Below are positions 12,536 to 26,275 of a stretch of 64,000 nt of DNA, piece by piece. The notes below the pieces were generated by a model. It saw nothing but the letters and a program-made list of their open reading frames with translations. It made no database searches and was not told the origin of the DNA. The DNA comes from Candidatus Latescibacterota bacterium. Its GTDB lineage: Bacteria; Latescibacterota; UBA2968; UBA8231. The DNA lies in contig CBDCXV010000002.1 in assembly GCA_965223905.1 (NCBI GenBank), forward strand, positions 320,001-384,000. Direction: 5' to 3'. How positions within the stretch are numbered: the first letter of the stretch is position 1; the number at the start of each line of letters is the position of its first letter. Both the position numbers and the translations under genes were made by a program.

Positions 12536-13866
12536 CTACCCGCCGCGGCAGCAGCGAAAACCCATTTCCAGCCCATCCTGACGGACGTAGGATGAGAAGA
12601 TCGGGTCCTTCAACAGCTCTTCGACGGCCCCGTCGGAGTAAATGTCGAAATCACCGGCGGGCGGGATCGGCTCGAAGCGCCCGCTGGTATTCGTACAATC
12701 GAAGTCGGTGGTGACACCGCTCAGCCGGAACTCTCCCTGCCGCTCCGACAAGGAGGTGAAATCCATTGTCCATTCGAAGGCGTTGCCGATGAGGTCGTAC
12801 ACACCCGCGGAGCTGCTGCAGTTCGGGAAATGACCGGACGGAGCGACATCGGTGTATTCAGGTGAATCACTGGCGGTCGCCGATCCCGGGGTGTTGCAGT
12901 AGCGTCTCCCGAAGCCCGCGGGCAGATTCTCCCGCACGTCGGTAGAAGAGAACCGCAGGCCCTCCGGGCCCCTGGCAGGCGTGTTCCCACTCCGCCGAGG
13001 AGCAGAGCCTCTTCCCCTGATCGGCGCACAGGCGCGCCGCCTCGAACCAGGATTTCGTCAACAGCGGCGGCTCCCCCTTGCGGTTCGGGTATTCGTACAG
13101 GTCGATCTCGTAGGGGATCACGGCGGCGTCTTCCCCCGGTAATTCCAGGGCCGCCATACCGGTTTCCTGCAGCTCGGGCACCGTTACCTGCAACAGGATC
13201 TCCGAGCGCACCGTGTCGGCGCCATCCGTCACCTCGAGGAGGACCGTGTAGGCGCCCGGGAACAGCGGGGTGATGTTCGCCTGCGACCGGCTCGCTTTCC
13301 ATGCTGCGTTGGAGCAGCGCCTGGGGAGACCCTTCCGCGAGCCCCCAGTCGAAGGTCAACGGATCGCCGTCTTCGTCCTCCGCGAAGGCCTCGAGGACCA
13401 CTACGGGCTCGCGGAAAGGGACCAGGGTATCGGTCACCGACGTCCGCAACGAGGGGGAGGACTGGATCACCTCGATCAGGAACGACTCGGTAATGTCTTC
13501 GGTTCCGTACTGGCGATCGCTGATCGTCGCCGAAATCAGGAAGAACTCGGAGCTGCCCTGAATGGAGAGGGGGGCGGTCCAGATGGTTGCGGGGCTGGTC
13601 GTGTCGCTGAAGCTGCCTGCACCCGAGTCGTTCCAGGAGTACAGCAGCGGATCGTCGTCTTCGTCGGAAGCCCTTACCTCCAGGGACACCGATCCCCCGC
13701 GCCGGACGCGGGTGGTGTCGGCCGAGCTTACCTGGAGTGCCGGGGGTTCGTTCGGCAACTCCTGGTGCAGGAGGCTGCAGGAAGCCGCTGCCATCAGCAC
13801 CATCCCCAGGCTCGCCGGCAGCCGGCAGCCGGCGGCGAGCCGGTGCGGTGGAAAGCCGCCGGGCAC
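12536..13866 (-). CDS. Lipoprotein with two Ig/PKD-like modules and a C-terminal FGE-sulfatase (SUMF1) domain; two apparent frameshifts (~13290, ~12970)
   Basis: Lipobox-like MAAASC; two (S/E)DEDxDPLx(Y/F)xW repeats; YEIDLYEYPN, WFEAARLCADQGKRLCSSAEWEHAC, GVYDLIGNAFEW and GFRCC spread over three frames. Confidence 0.75.
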
Positions 13867-14738
13867 TACTCGTCGCGCAGGAGAAGCTCGAGTATGCGCT
13901 CGAGATCGTCGTCGTCGTAGAACTCGATCTCGACACGCCCCTTCTTCGAGCTGCGCCGGATACCCACGGAGGTAGCGAAGAAGTGGCGCAGCCGCTCCTC
14001 GTACGCCGAAAGCAAAGGATCGGCGGGCTGGTCGCCGTTAACGGCTGGCTCGCGGCGCCGGCGCCGTCCTGAACCTGCGTTGCGGGCGGCGCTCTCGAGA
14101 TCGCGGACGGTCAAGCCTTCGGTGACGGCGCGGCGTCCGAGCTCGAGGGCGTCGTCGGGGTCGAGGGGGACCAGCGTCCGGGCGTGTCCCATCTGAAGCT
14201 GGCCGGAACGCAGGAAATCCTGCAGTTCCTCAGGCAGCTTCAGAAGGCGCACCGTGTTGGCGATGGTCGAGCGGTCGCGGCCGACTTTGCGCGCGATATC
14301 CTCCTGGGTCAGCAGGCAGGTGTCGATCAGCTCGCGATATCCCTGGGCCTCTTCAATAGGATTGAGATCTTCGCGCTGGATGTTCTCGATCAGCGAGAGC
14401 TCCATCAACTCCTCGGTGGAGTCGATCTCGTGCACGATGGCCGGAATCGTCTCCATCCCGGCCATTCTGGCTGCACGCCAGCGGCGTTCGCCGGCGATCA
14501 GATGGTAGCCCTGGCCGGAACGGTTCACCGAGACGGGCTGGATGACCCCCTTCTCCTGGATGGAGCGCATCAGGCCGCGCAAGCTCTCCTCATCGAAATC
14601 GACGCGCGGCTGGTGGGGATTCGGTTCGATGTCGTCGACGGGAAGCAGATCGACCTGAACGCCCCCTTCGGCGCTGGTCTCACCGTATTCGGGGATCAGG
14701 GCGTGGATGCCCTTGCCCAATACCTGCTTCTTAGCCAT
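13866..14738 (-). CDS. parB: ParB/Spo0J partition protein
   Basis: LGKGIHALI, PNPHQPR, LIAGERRWRAA, LIENIQREDLNPIEEA, HTH. Confidence 0.96.
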   Translation of the reverse strand: MAKKQVLGKGIHALIPEYGETSAEGGVQVDLLPVDDIEPNPHQPRVDFDEESLRGLMRSIQEKGVIQPVSVNRSGQGYHLIAGERRWRAARMAGMETIPAIVHEIDSTEELMELSLIENIQREDLNPIEEAQGYRELIDTCLLTQEDIARKVGRDRSTIANTVRLLKLPEELQDFLRSGQLQMGHARTLVPLDPDDALELGRRAVTEGLTVRDLESAARNAGSGRRRRREPAVNGDQPADPLLSAYEERLRHFFATSVGIRRSSKKGRVEIEFYDDDDLERILELLLRDE

Positions 14739-15573
14739 GCCGAATGATCTCTCCGGCGAGGCTCATGTAGTTCTGGGCGCCGGGAGAAACGATGTCGTAG
14801 AGGACGATCGGCTGTCCGTGGCCGGGCGCTTCCGCCAGGCGCACGTTTCGCGTTATCGCCGTACTGTAGACCTTGGTCCCGAAATAGGACCGGACCTCGT
14901 CGGCAACCTGGCGCGAGAGATTCAGGCGGGAGTCGAACATCGTCAGCAGGACGCCGGCGATCTGAAGTCCCTTGTTGAGGTGGCGCTGAATCAGCCGGAT
15001 GGTGTTTAGCAGCTTGCCGAGCCCTTCGAGCGCGTAGTACTCGCACTGAATCGGGATGAGCACCGAGTGGGCGGCGGTCAGGGAGTTGAGCGTCAGCAGC
15101 CCCAGGGATGGCGGGCAGTCGAGGATGATGTAGGAGTAATCCTGCTGCAGCTCGGCGAGCGCGGTCCGCAGCTTCTGTTCGCGAGCGATCAGGCTGACCA
15201 TCTCGACCTCGGCCCCGGTCAGGTTCATGTGCGAGGGGACGAGGGACAGGTGGGAAATCTGCGTCGGGCGCACGACATCCCTGGCAGACTGGTGGCCGAG
15301 CAGGGCGTGGTAGATGTTGGCGGCTTCGACCTCTCGTGGTTCGACCCCGCAGCCGCTGGTCGCGTTGGCCTGCGGATCCATGTCTACGAGCAATGTCTGC
15401 TGCTCGGCAACCGCGAGGCAGGCGGCGAGGTTTACCGCCGTCGTCGTCTTGCCGACTCCCCCCTTCTGGTTGGCCACGGCGATGATCCGCCCCATCCGCT
15501 TGGCCGCTTGCACATCCGGATTCTCGGCAGGTTCGGGGGCTATTCCCGGTTCGGCGGCCAGTTCTGCTGACAT
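14731..15573 (-). CDS. parA: ParA/Soj ATPase
   Basis: NQKGGVGKTTT, DMDPQANAT, DCPPSLG, QCEYYALEG, RLAEAPGHG. The true start may be MGRII. Confidence 0.96.
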   Translation of the reverse strand: MSAELAAEPGIAPEPAENPDVQAAKRMGRIIAVANQKGGVGKTTTAVNLAACLAVAEQQTLLVDMDPQANATSGCGVEPREVEAANIYHALLGHQSARDVVRPTQISHLSLVPSHMNLTGAEVEMVSLIAREQKLRTALAELQQDYSYIILDCPPSLGLLTLNSLTAAHSVLIPIQCEYYALEGLGKLLNTIRLIQRHLNKGLQIAGVLLTMFDSRLNLSRQVADEVRSYFGTKVYSTAITRNVRLAEAPGHGQPIVLYDIVSPGAQNYMSLAGEIIRHG

Positions 15574-15588
15574 CGGCGCCTTCCCTAC

Positions 15589-18288
<2,700 letters not shown>

Positions 18289-18484
18289 CTGGATTGGTGA
18301 TGGTGGATGAGGGCGGTGCGAAACCACTGCCCGAGGATGGGAGATCGGCCTCCGAGATCCTCGGGCGACGGGGATGAGCGCCGGTTCGGGCGCGGGGTCA
18401 ATTGTCGCCGGGAGGCGGAGGCACTGCGAAAGAGAGGCGAATATATCCCGGGAGAGGGACCCCGGCAAGGAGTCCCGAACCTGC

Positions 18485-19501
18485 TCAGCCCCACACTTTT
18501 TCCCATCTGTTGTTGGCGGCGGAGCGATATATCGCCAGTGCGGTTCTGAGCTCGCCGAGCGCCATTTCGGGTCCCGCTTCCGGCTGTTTGCCGTCGAGAA
18601 CGGCTTTCGAGAAGTCGTCGAGCTCCGGTCCGAACGACTTGGGGTATCCCATCGGCTCCATCACCGGCATCCCGTCTCGATGGTCGCTGTCGAACAGCCG
18701 CAGCCCTCCGTCGAAACCGCCGTCGATCAGGATCTCGCCACGCGTGCCGGTGATCCGCCACCAGGAATCCGGGGCGAGCACAGTCTCGAGCATCATGGCG
18801 TCGAACATCGCCACGCGGCCCGACTGGAAACGCAGCAGGGCGCGGGTCAGGGATTCCCCTTCCATCCTTTCGAGGGGCCTGTCGACCACGGCGACGACTT
18901 CGTCCACTTCTCCCATCCACATGCGCAGCGGCCTGATCCAATGAGCGCCCCCGTCTATGGTGATGCCGCCCCCGGTGCGCTTGCTGTCGTACCGCCACGG
19001 CTTTTCGTCCTTGAACCAGTAGTCGTCGAACTCCATGACGAACGCCGCCCTCGCGGTGAGGATGTCGCCGATGGCCCCGTCGTCGATCAGGCGTTTGGCG
19101 GCGACGATCTCGGGCCAGTACTGCGAGTTCTCGGCGACCATGAACACCACCCCGCAGCCGGCGGCTGCGGACATGATGCGGTCGCAGGCGTCGAGGGTGG
19201 GGGCCATCGGTTTTTCGAGCAGCACGTGCTTGCCGGCTTCGAACAGCCTGCAGGCAGCCCACTCGTGCAAATCGTGGGGCAGCATCACGTCCACGGCGTC
19301 GAAGTCGCCGCGGTGAAGGGCCTCATCGAGGGATGTGAAGATCTCCGCTCCTGTCTTTTCGGCGATCTCTTCCGCCTTTCCGGCATCGGTGTCGATTGCG
19401 GCGGTGATCTCGATGCGGGGGGCGCTCTCGCGAATCCCGTCGAGGTGAAAATGCGATATTGCCCCGCACCCCAGCAGGGCGAGCTTCATGGTTTCGGCCA
19501 T
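18485..19501 (-). CDS. Gfo/Idh/MocA family oxidoreductase
   Basis: GCGAIS, PHDLH, GKHVLLEKPM, GGGITIDGGAH. Confidence 0.9.
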   Translation of the reverse strand: MAETMKLALLGCGAISHFHLDGIRESAPRIEITAAIDTDAGKAEEIAEKTGAEIFTSLDEALHRGDFDAVDVMLPHDLHEWAACRLFEAGKHVLLEKPMAPTLDACDRIMSAAAGCGVVFMVAENSQYWPEIVAAKRLIDDGAIGDILTARAAFVMEFDDYWFKDEKPWRYDSKRTGGGITIDGGAHWIRPLRMWMGEVDEVVAVVDRPLERMEGESLTRALLRFQSGRVAMFDAMMLETVLAPDSWWRITGTRGEILIDGGFDGGLRLFDSDHRDGMPVMEPMGYPKSFGPELDDFSKAVLDGKQPEAGPEMALGELRTALAIYRSAANNRWEKVWG

Positions 19502-19685
19502 TTCAGTCTCCGGAAACTTTGAGGTTCGGTGTCATAAATCGAAAATCAAGGTAAATGGCGGAAACCTGCTATCAAGAGCCGGCTTCCCGTCACTATATTT
19601 GGATTGCTCATGAAGTCACAGGGTTCCGCATCCTGAGATCACCCCGCGGAACATTTTGCAATCGCGTTAACGGGAGGAAGCAGCG

Positions 19686-22625
19686 ATGACAAATCGACGA
19701 CAAGGTCTTCTCAGGGCAATCCTCGCGACGGCGCTCGCGGCGCACCCGGCCCTGGGCGGAGACGCGACCCTTTCCGGCCGCGTAACCGATGCGAGCGGGA
19801 CGCCCATGCCGGGTGCTAATCTGATCCTGACGGGATCCTCTCTGGAAGCTCCGATGGGAACTGCCGCCAAGGCGGAAGGCGAGTACAGCTTCGCCGGCGT
19901 CAACCCCGGGCGTTACCAGCTCGAGGTGAGTCACGTAGGTTACCGCACTGCTTCCATCGCAGACATAGAACTCGAATCGGGCGCCTCCAAGCGGCTCGAT
20001 ATCGAACTTGAAGAGGCGGCGATCTACCTCGAGCAGAGTATCGTATCTGCCTCCCGGAGGAAGGAAAAGGCTCTCGACGCCCCCGCTTCGGTCGCAGTGG
20101 TCGAGGGATCCGAGATCCGGGACAAGCCTGCCCTCAACGTTTCGGAGCACGTTCGCGACCTGCCCGGCGTCGACTTCGCAAAGAGTGGGCTCGTCCAGAG
20201 CAACGCGGTAGTGCGCGGCTTCAACAACGTCTTCTCCGGCGCCATGCTGATCCTCACAGACAACCGCATCGCCCGGGTTCCCTCCTTGCGGGTGAACGCC
20301 TACAACTTCATCCCGGTGGTCAACGAGGACATCGAGCGCATCGAGGTGGTACTGGGACCGGGGTCCGCCCTTTACGGCCCCAACAGCGCCAGGGGCGTCA
20401 TGCACATCATAACGCGGTCGCCCTTCGCGTCGGCCGGCACGAACGTGCGTCTCGGGATGGGGGAGCGATCGCTGCGCAAGGGGGCGGTCCGCCACGCAGG
20501 AATAATCAGCCCCAACCTGGCTTACAAGATCTCGGCGCAATATTACACGGGTAACGATTGGGAGTACGAGGATCCTGTCGAGCTGAAAGCCAGGGAAGCG
20601 AATCCGGATCTCGAGGCTCGAGATTTCGGCATCGAGCGACAGAGCGCCGAAGCGCGCATCGACTATCGCCCCGGTGAAGATATGTCAGCGGTGGTATCGG
20701 CGGGGTACAACCGCGGCGATCAGATCGAGCTCACCGGGCTGGGCGCAGGCCAGGCGGATAACTGGGCCTACAACTACGTACAGACCCGGTTCCTGTACCG
20801 CAGCCTGTTTGCCCAGTGGTACCGTAACTGGAGCGACGCCGGCGACACCTTTCTGCTTCGGAACGGGGACGCGATCGTCGACAAGTCCAGCCTCAATGTC
20901 TTCCAGATCCAGCATGCGTATGCGCTCGGCGGCAATCAGCGTTTCATCTACGGATTGGACGCGCTGCTGACGAGGCCGGACACGGAAGGCACGATCACGG
21001 GGCAGAACGAAGAGGAGGACAACATCGACGAGTACGGCGCTTATCTGCAGAGCGATACCGACCTCGGGGAGCAACTCGATATCGTGCTGGCCTTGCGCTA
21101 CGACCAACACAACCGCCTCGACGACGGCGTGCTGTCACCCCGGGCCGGGCTGGTTTTCAAGCCGCGCCAGACCCAGACGTTGAGACTGACGTACAACCGC
21201 GCCTTCGACACTCCCTCTACGAGCAACCTCTATCTCGAGCGCCTGGGGCAGTCCGACCCGTTCGGCATCGGCAGCAATTTCGAACCGGTTCTCGGGTTTT
21301 CTCCGGCCATCGATATCCGGGCGCAGGGGACGTATCGCCAAGGGTTCGACGGGGGGTTCACGTTCCGCCACAGCAACGGACGGCCGATGTTCCGCACTCC
21401 GTTCCAGCCTCTGATCGCCGGACAGCTCGGGGCTCTCGGATTGTCCCCCGGAGACCCTGGGTATTCGATCCAGGAGGACGGGTACATAGCCATGGACGAC
21501 CCGGTCGCGACCGGGGTGATGTGGGGGGTGGCGCGGCAGGCGGTGCTCGCCGGCTTCACCTCGCAACTGCAATTGCTCGCACCGGGATTGATCGCGCAAC
21601 AGCTGCAGGCTTTGGGAATGGAGGCCGATGATGCGCGGGCAGCCGCGGAGGCCCAGACGCAGGTCGTGTTGGAGGCGATTCCCACCCTGGTGCCCGAGCA
21701 GCTGCCGGGGCTTGCGAATGCGATGCTGACTCTCAATCCCGGGACGGGAAGCTTCGCCCCGGCGACCGGCGTCTTCGACGTGCCGCGCACCGAGCCGACC
21801 ATTACCCAGACAGTGGAGCTCGGATACAAGGGGATCGTCGGCGACAAGCTCGTCGTCGCCGCTGACGTCTATCGCAGCGATATCGAGAATTTCGTAGGAC
21901 CTCTGAAAGTGGAGACCCCCAATGTATTCCTGGATCCAGGCAGCCTTGTTGCCGCTCTCGGTCCCGCCTTCGCAGCCTCTCTGGGAGATCCCGACAACGC
22001 AGAAGTCGCCCAGGTCCTGGGGGCTCTCGACCAGATTTCCATACCCGGAGTACTCGAGGGCAACAACAACGGCTCCGCGGTCGACGAGCTGACCACCCTG
22101 TTCGCGGCAGGGGCGGCGAGAATCCCGTTCGGAACCGTGTCCCCCGAACAGGCGTACGATCCCAATGCGGTGCTCTTGACCCACCGCAACTTCGGCTCTA
22201 TCACGCTGTACGGAATGGACTTGAGTGCCGTCTACTACCCGAACGACCGGTGGTCGATCTCCGGCAACTTCTCGTTCGTCAACGACGTTTTCTTCGAGGC
22301 TCTCGACGGTATTGCCGACATCTCGCTCAACGCTCCGAAACAGAAGTTCAAGCTGTCGAGCTCGTACAGTATGCCGGATTGGAACCTGCGCGTGGGAGGC
22401 GGCGTTCGCTACAACGGCTCGTTCCGCCAGGACTCCGGGGTTTATGTCGGCGACGTCGACCCGTACACGGTGGTTGATATGAACGCGGTCTACGACCTGC
22501 CGTTCGCAGAGGACCTGTCGCTGATGTTAAACGTCGACAACGTCCTCAACAGCCGGTACCGGTCCTGGGCCGGCGCACCGGAGATCGGGCGGCTCGCCTA
22601 TCTGCAGCTCGGTCTGGACTTCTGA
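19686..22625 (+). CDS. TonB-dependent receptor with N-terminal carboxypeptidase-regulatory-like domain
   Basis: Signal peptide; LSGRVTD...PMPGAN; plug IERIEVVLGPGSALYG; barrel motifs SPRAGL, ELGYKG, NVDNVLN; ends LGLDF. Confidence 0.93.
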   Translation: MTNRRQGLLRAILATALAAHPALGGDATLSGRVTDASGTPMPGANLILTGSSLEAPMGTAAKAEGEYSFAGVNPGRYQLEVSHVGYRTASIADIELESGASKRLDIELEEAAIYLEQSIVSASRRKEKALDAPASVAVVEGSEIRDKPALNVSEHVRDLPGVDFAKSGLVQSNAVVRGFNNVFSGAMLILTDNRIARVPSLRVNAYNFIPVVNEDIERIEVVLGPGSALYGPNSARGVMHIITRSPFASAGTNVRLGMGERSLRKGAVRHAGIISPNLAYKISAQYYTGNDWEYEDPVELKAREANPDLEARDFGIERQSAEARIDYRPGEDMSAVVSAGYNRGDQIELTGLGAGQADNWAYNYVQTRFLYRSLFAQWYRNWSDAGDTFLLRNGDAIVDKSSLNVFQIQHAYALGGNQRFIYGLDALLTRPDTEGTITGQNEEEDNIDEYGAYLQSDTDLGEQLDIVLALRYDQHNRLDDGVLSPRAGLVFKPRQTQTLRLTYNRAFDTPSTSNLYLERLGQSDPFGIGSNFEPVLGFSPAIDIRAQGTYRQGFDGGFTFRHSNGRPMFRTPFQPLIAGQLGALGLSPGDPGYSIQEDGYIAMDDPVATGVMWGVARQAVLAGFTSQLQLLAPGLIAQQLQALGMEADDARAAAEAQTQVVLEAIPTLVPEQLPGLANAMLTLNPGTGSFAPATGVFDVPRTEPTITQTVELGYKGIVGDKLVVAADVYRSDIENFVGPLKVETPNVFLDPGSLVAALGPAFAASLGDPDNAEVAQVLGALDQISIPGVLEGNNNGSAVDELTTLFAAGAARIPFGTVSPEQAYDPNAVLLTHRNFGSITLYGMDLSAVYYPNDRWSISGNFSFVNDVFFEALDGIADISLNAPKQKFKLSSSYSMPDWNLRVGGGVRYNGSFRQDSGVYVGDVDPYTVVDMNAVYDLPFAEDLSLMLNVDNVLNSRYRSWAGAPEIGRLAYLQLGLDF

Positions 22626-22668
22626 TGCCTGGCGGCACCTGAGGGGAAGCAGGAGCAGCATGTAGCGG

Positions 22669-23220
22669 TCAGGTGATCTCGTTACCCCTGGCCATCACGA
22701 CCTTTCCCGTCCGCACCATTTCGCGCAGCTCGAACTTGCTCAGCAGGCGCCCCAGGGCGTCCATCTTTTCGCTTGTTCCGGTGGCCTCGATAGTCAGCGT
22801 CTCATCGGAGATGTCGATAGTCTTGCCGCGAAACACCTCGGTTATCTGCAGGACTTCGGTGCGCTCTTCCACCGAACAGGAGACCTTGAAAAGCGCCAGC
22901 TCCCGCGTCACCGCATCGTCGTCGGTGTGATCCCGGGCGTGGATAACGTCGACGAGCTTGTCGAGCTGCAGGATGATTTGATTGAGCACGTCCCCGGGCC
23001 CGCTGCAGGTGATCGTCATGCGGGAGCAGCTGGGGATGTGAGCCGGCGATACGACCAGCGATTCGATGTTGAAACCGCGCCTGCTGAACACCTGGCTGAT
23101 GCGCATCAGCACGCCGGGCCGGTCGTTGACCATCAGGCCGATGGTCGTCCTGCTGATCGCCGAGGGAGCCGCTTCGAGGCTGGCGGCCGTCCCGGTCCTG
23201 CCGTTGCCGGCAGCCATCAC
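22669..23220 (-). CDS. ilvN: Acetolactate synthase small subunit
   Basis: ACT domain [21 protein letters not shown]; QLDKLVDV; RELAL; EMVRTG. Confidence 0.95.
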   Translation of the reverse strand: MMAAGNGRTGTAASLEAAPSAISRTTIGLMVNDRPGVLMRISQVFSRRGFNIESLVVSPAHIPSCSRMTITCSGPGDVLNQIILQLDKLVDVIHARDHTDDDAVTRELALFKVSCSVEERTEVLQITEVFRGKTIDISDETLTIEATGTSEKMDALGRLLSKFELREMVRTGKVVMARGNEIT

Positions 23221-24965
23221 GTGCTCCCTTTCGGCGGCGCGAGCTTGCGCTTCGGGGGCTCGATCATCATATCGCTGACCGCTGCTCCCGCCGGTATCAT
23301 CGGCCAGACATTGTCCTCTTTCTCGCAGTGTGCGTGCACGACCACGGGACCGTCGTGCTCGAGCATGCGAGTCAGGATCTTGTCGATGTCAGCGGTGCGC
23401 TTCAGCTGCAGCCCTTTGACGCCGTAGGACTCGGCGAGCTTGACGAAGTCGGGATTGCCCTCGAGATCGACTCCGGACAGGCGGTTCTCGAAGAACAGGT
23501 TCTGCCATTGGCGCACCATCCCGAGGTAGGCGTTGTCCATGACCAGCGTTTTCACCGGGATGTCGTTGACCGCCGCGGTCGCCAGTTCGCACAACGTCAT
23601 CTGGAAGCCGCCGTCGCCGACAATGGCGATAACCGGCTCGCCCGGACGGCCCAGCTGGGCCCCGATGGCGGAGGGAAAGCCGTACCCCATGGTCCCCGAT
23701 CCCCCCGAGGACAGCCACTGGCGGTGATAGGAGGTTTTGTAGAATTGCGCCGCCCACATCTGGTGCTGGCCGACGTCGGTGGTGACGACCGCCCTGCCAT
23801 CGGTGAGGTGGTAGAGCCGGTCGAACACCGCCTGCATCTTGAGGCCCCCCTTGCGGCCGTACTTGAGGGGGTACTTCTGCTTCCACTCGTCGATCTGGGC
23901 GAGCCAGTCCGCGGTGTCGAGAGGCTCCACGTGATTGACAAGCTCTTCGAGCACCTGGAGGGCGTCTCCTTCGATGAAGACGTCCGGCATCACGACCTTG
24001 CCGTGCTCCGCGGGGTCGATGTCGACGTGGATCTTTTTCGCCTCGGGACAGAACTCGGACAGCTTGCCGGTGATGCGATCGTCCCAGCGCCCGCCCACCG
24101 ACATGATGAGATCGCAGCCGACCACCGCCTTGTTGGCGTAGGCGGTGCCGTGCATTCCGAGCATGCCGACCGAAAGCGGGTGCGTCTCGGGAAAGCTCCC
24201 TTTGCCCAGCAGAGTGTTGGTTACCGGCATGCGCGTCTTTTCGGCGAAGGCTCGGGCGGCGTGGTGGGCGCCGGCGCTGATACACCCTCCGCCCAGGTAA
24301 AGCAACGGGCGTTTGCTGCGGCGCAGCAGGCGGGCGGCCTCCATCAACAGCTCTGCAGCCGGCTTGGGGTCGTTGTGGTATCCGGGCAGGTGGACCTTTT
24401 CGGGCCACGGCGCGGTACAGCCTTCTGATTGCGTAACATCTTTCGGCAGGTCGACTAGGACGGGGCCCAGGCGACCGGTCGTGGCGATGTGGAAAGCCTC
24501 CATCATCACCCTCGGTATTTCGTTGGGGTCCTTGACGAGGTAGGAGTGTTTGACCACCGGCATCGAGATGCCGAACACGTCGGCTTCCTGGAAGGCGTCC
24601 TTTCCGAGCATCTCGGTCGGGGTCTGCCCGGTAAGGACCACCATCGGCACCGAATCCATGTGGGCGGTCAGAAGCCCGGTTATGGTATTGGTGGCGCCGG
24701 GACCCGACGTTACGAGGACGACTCCCGGCTTGCCGGTGGCGCGGGCGTAACCGTCGGCCATGTGGGTCGCCCCCTGTTCGTGGCGCGTGAGGATGAACTT
24801 CGTCTCCGTCGAATGCCACAGGGCGTCGAAAATCGGCATGGCCGCACCGCCGGGGTGGCCGAATATGTACTCGACACCCGCCCTTTCGACTGCCTCCATG
24901 ACAACATCCGCACCTCTCATCTCAATTCTCCGTGTTTCTCCGGCTATCTCTGATTTAATGGTCAA
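23217..24965 (-). CDS. ilvB: Acetolactate synthase large subunit
   Basis: [40 protein letters not shown] motif GDGGFQM. Confidence 0.96.
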   Translation of the reverse strand: MTIKSEIAGETRRIEMRGADVVMEAVERAGVEYIFGHPGGAAMPIFDALWHSTETKFILTRHEQGATHMADGYARATGKPGVVLVTSGPGATNTITGLLTAHMDSVPMVVLTGQTPTEMLGKDAFQEADVFGISMPVVKHSYLVKDPNEIPRVMMEAFHIATTGRLGPVLVDLPKDVTQSEGCTAPWPEKVHLPGYHNDPKPAAELLMEAARLLRRSKRPLLYLGGGCISAGAHHAARAFAEKTRMPVTNTLLGKGSFPETHPLSVGMLGMHGTAYANKAVVGCDLIMSVGGRWDDRITGKLSEFCPEAKKIHVDIDPAEHGKVVMPDVFIEGDALQVLEELVNHVEPLDTADWLAQIDEWKQKYPLKYGRKGGLKMQAVFDRLYHLTDGRAVVTTDVGQHQMWAAQFYKTSYHRQWLSSGGSGTMGYGFPSAIGAQLGRPGEPVIAIVGDGGFQMTLCELATAAVNDIPVKTLVMDNAYLGMVRQWQNLFFENRLSGVDLEGNPDFVKLAESYGVKGLQLKRTADIDKILTRMLEHDGPVVVHAHCEKEDNVWPMIPAGAAVSDMMIEPPKRKLAPPKGST

Positions 24966-25140
24966 GTATATGGGGAATACCCCATTATCGCAAGACGGCT
25001 CCTGAATTCAGAGGCTAATTTATGCAGAAAACAGGCCTGATTGACTACGTGGAAAAAGGAAATGGAGCTGTTTATACAGAAAAACGGCTTTAAATTCCGC
25101 GATGGGGGATTGGGTGGGACTACCGGAAAACCCTGTCCGC

Positions 25141-26253
25141 TCAGGGGACCAGGTAGGTCTCGAGCACCTGTTCGTCGACGGTTACCCCGAGCCCGGGGCC
25201 TTCCGGCAGAGATACGAAGCCGTCTTCGACAGGGAAGGTCTCTTTCGTGAGCTCATGCCGCAGAGGGGACTCGGCCATGCAGTACTCGAAAACCTCGCCG
25301 CCCGGGGCGGCGGCCAGGCCGTGGAGGGAGGCGGCGATGGTGATCCCGCTCTTGAAGCTGTGGTTGACGAAGCGGCGATGGTGGCGTGCCGCCAGGCGGC
25401 CGACCTCGACCATGGTCGAGATGCCGCATCGACCTGGATCCGGCTGGATCCAGTCGACCCCGCCGTCGACCAGCAGGCGCTCGAAGCTGTCGAGACGGGA
25501 TTCGGCCTCGCCAGCGGCGATCGCGATCGGGCTGGCTTCGCTGAGCAGCCGGTAGCCCTCGACCTCGTCCGGGTTCAACGGCTCTTCAATCCAGAATGGA
25601 CGGAACTCCTCGAACTGCCCTGCCCGTTTAAGCGCCGTTTTCCAGTCCCAGACCTGGCCGGCGTCGATCAGCACGTCGACCTCGTCGCCGGCGCCGCGGC
25701 GTGCCTGCCGGACCAGCTCGATGTCGTTGGCCTCGCTCTGTCCCATCGGACCCCACCCGAACTTGATCGCGGTGAATCCCTGGTCGGCGAACCTGCGGGC
25801 CAGCTCGTATGTCTGGGCAGGAGTGTCGCCGAACAGGATCGAGCAGTAGGCGCGGAATTTCGTTTCGTGCGGTCCGCCTAGCAGGCGGCAGACTGGTTGA
25901 TCGAGCGCTTTACCGGTGATGTCCCAGAGTGCCTGATTGACGCCTGCCATGGCATGGGAGCCGGCACCGCTGCGGCCGTAGTAGTTGGCCCCTTCCCACA
26001 TGCGGGCCATGCACACATCGATCGCAAGGGGATTCTCGCCTGCCAGGATGTTGGCGAGGCCGTTGGCGATCTGGTGCGACAGCGGCGCCTCGACGACGGC
26101 CTTGACCACTGTCGGGGCGGAGTCGACCTCGCCCCAGCCGGTAATGCCAGCGTCGGTGTCGATACGGATCAGGCAGGTGTCCTGAGTCCCTTCGCGCTTG
26201 TCGGTCACCTCGGGCAGGCGCAGAACGAGAGCGGATACGGCGGTGATTTTCAT
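25141..26253 (-). CDS. Mandelate racemase/muconate lactonizing enzyme family protein
   Basis: TDAGITGWGE, ALWDITGK, AIKFG, IDAG, WIEEP, AAGE, QPD, GPGLG. Confidence 0.9.
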   Translation of the reverse strand: MKITAVSALVLRLPEVTDKREGTQDTCLIRIDTDAGITGWGEVDSAPTVVKAVVEAPLSHQIANGLANILAGENPLAIDVCMARMWEGANYYGRSGAGSHAMAGVNQALWDITGKALDQPVCRLLGGPHETKFRAYCSILFGDTPAQTYELARRFADQGFTAIKFGWGPMGQSEANDIELVRQARRGAGDEVDVLIDAGQVWDWKTALKRAGQFEEFRPFWIEEPLNPDEVEGYRLLSEASPIAIAAGEAESRLDSFERLLVDGGVDWIQPDPGRCGISTMVEVGRLAARHHRRFVNHSFKSGITIAASLHGLAAAPGGEVFEYCMAESPLRHELTKETFPVEDGFVSLPEGPGLGVTVDEQVLETYLVP

Positions 26254-26275
26254 GGCGGGTCCGCGAGTTCGAGGT

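Noticed and set aside
24966-25140. ilvB attenuator (TGGGGAATACCCCA hairpin at 24971-24984)
   Set aside because: No Leu/Val/Ile-rich leader peptide or terminator found on the minus strand; the hairpin is too short to call.
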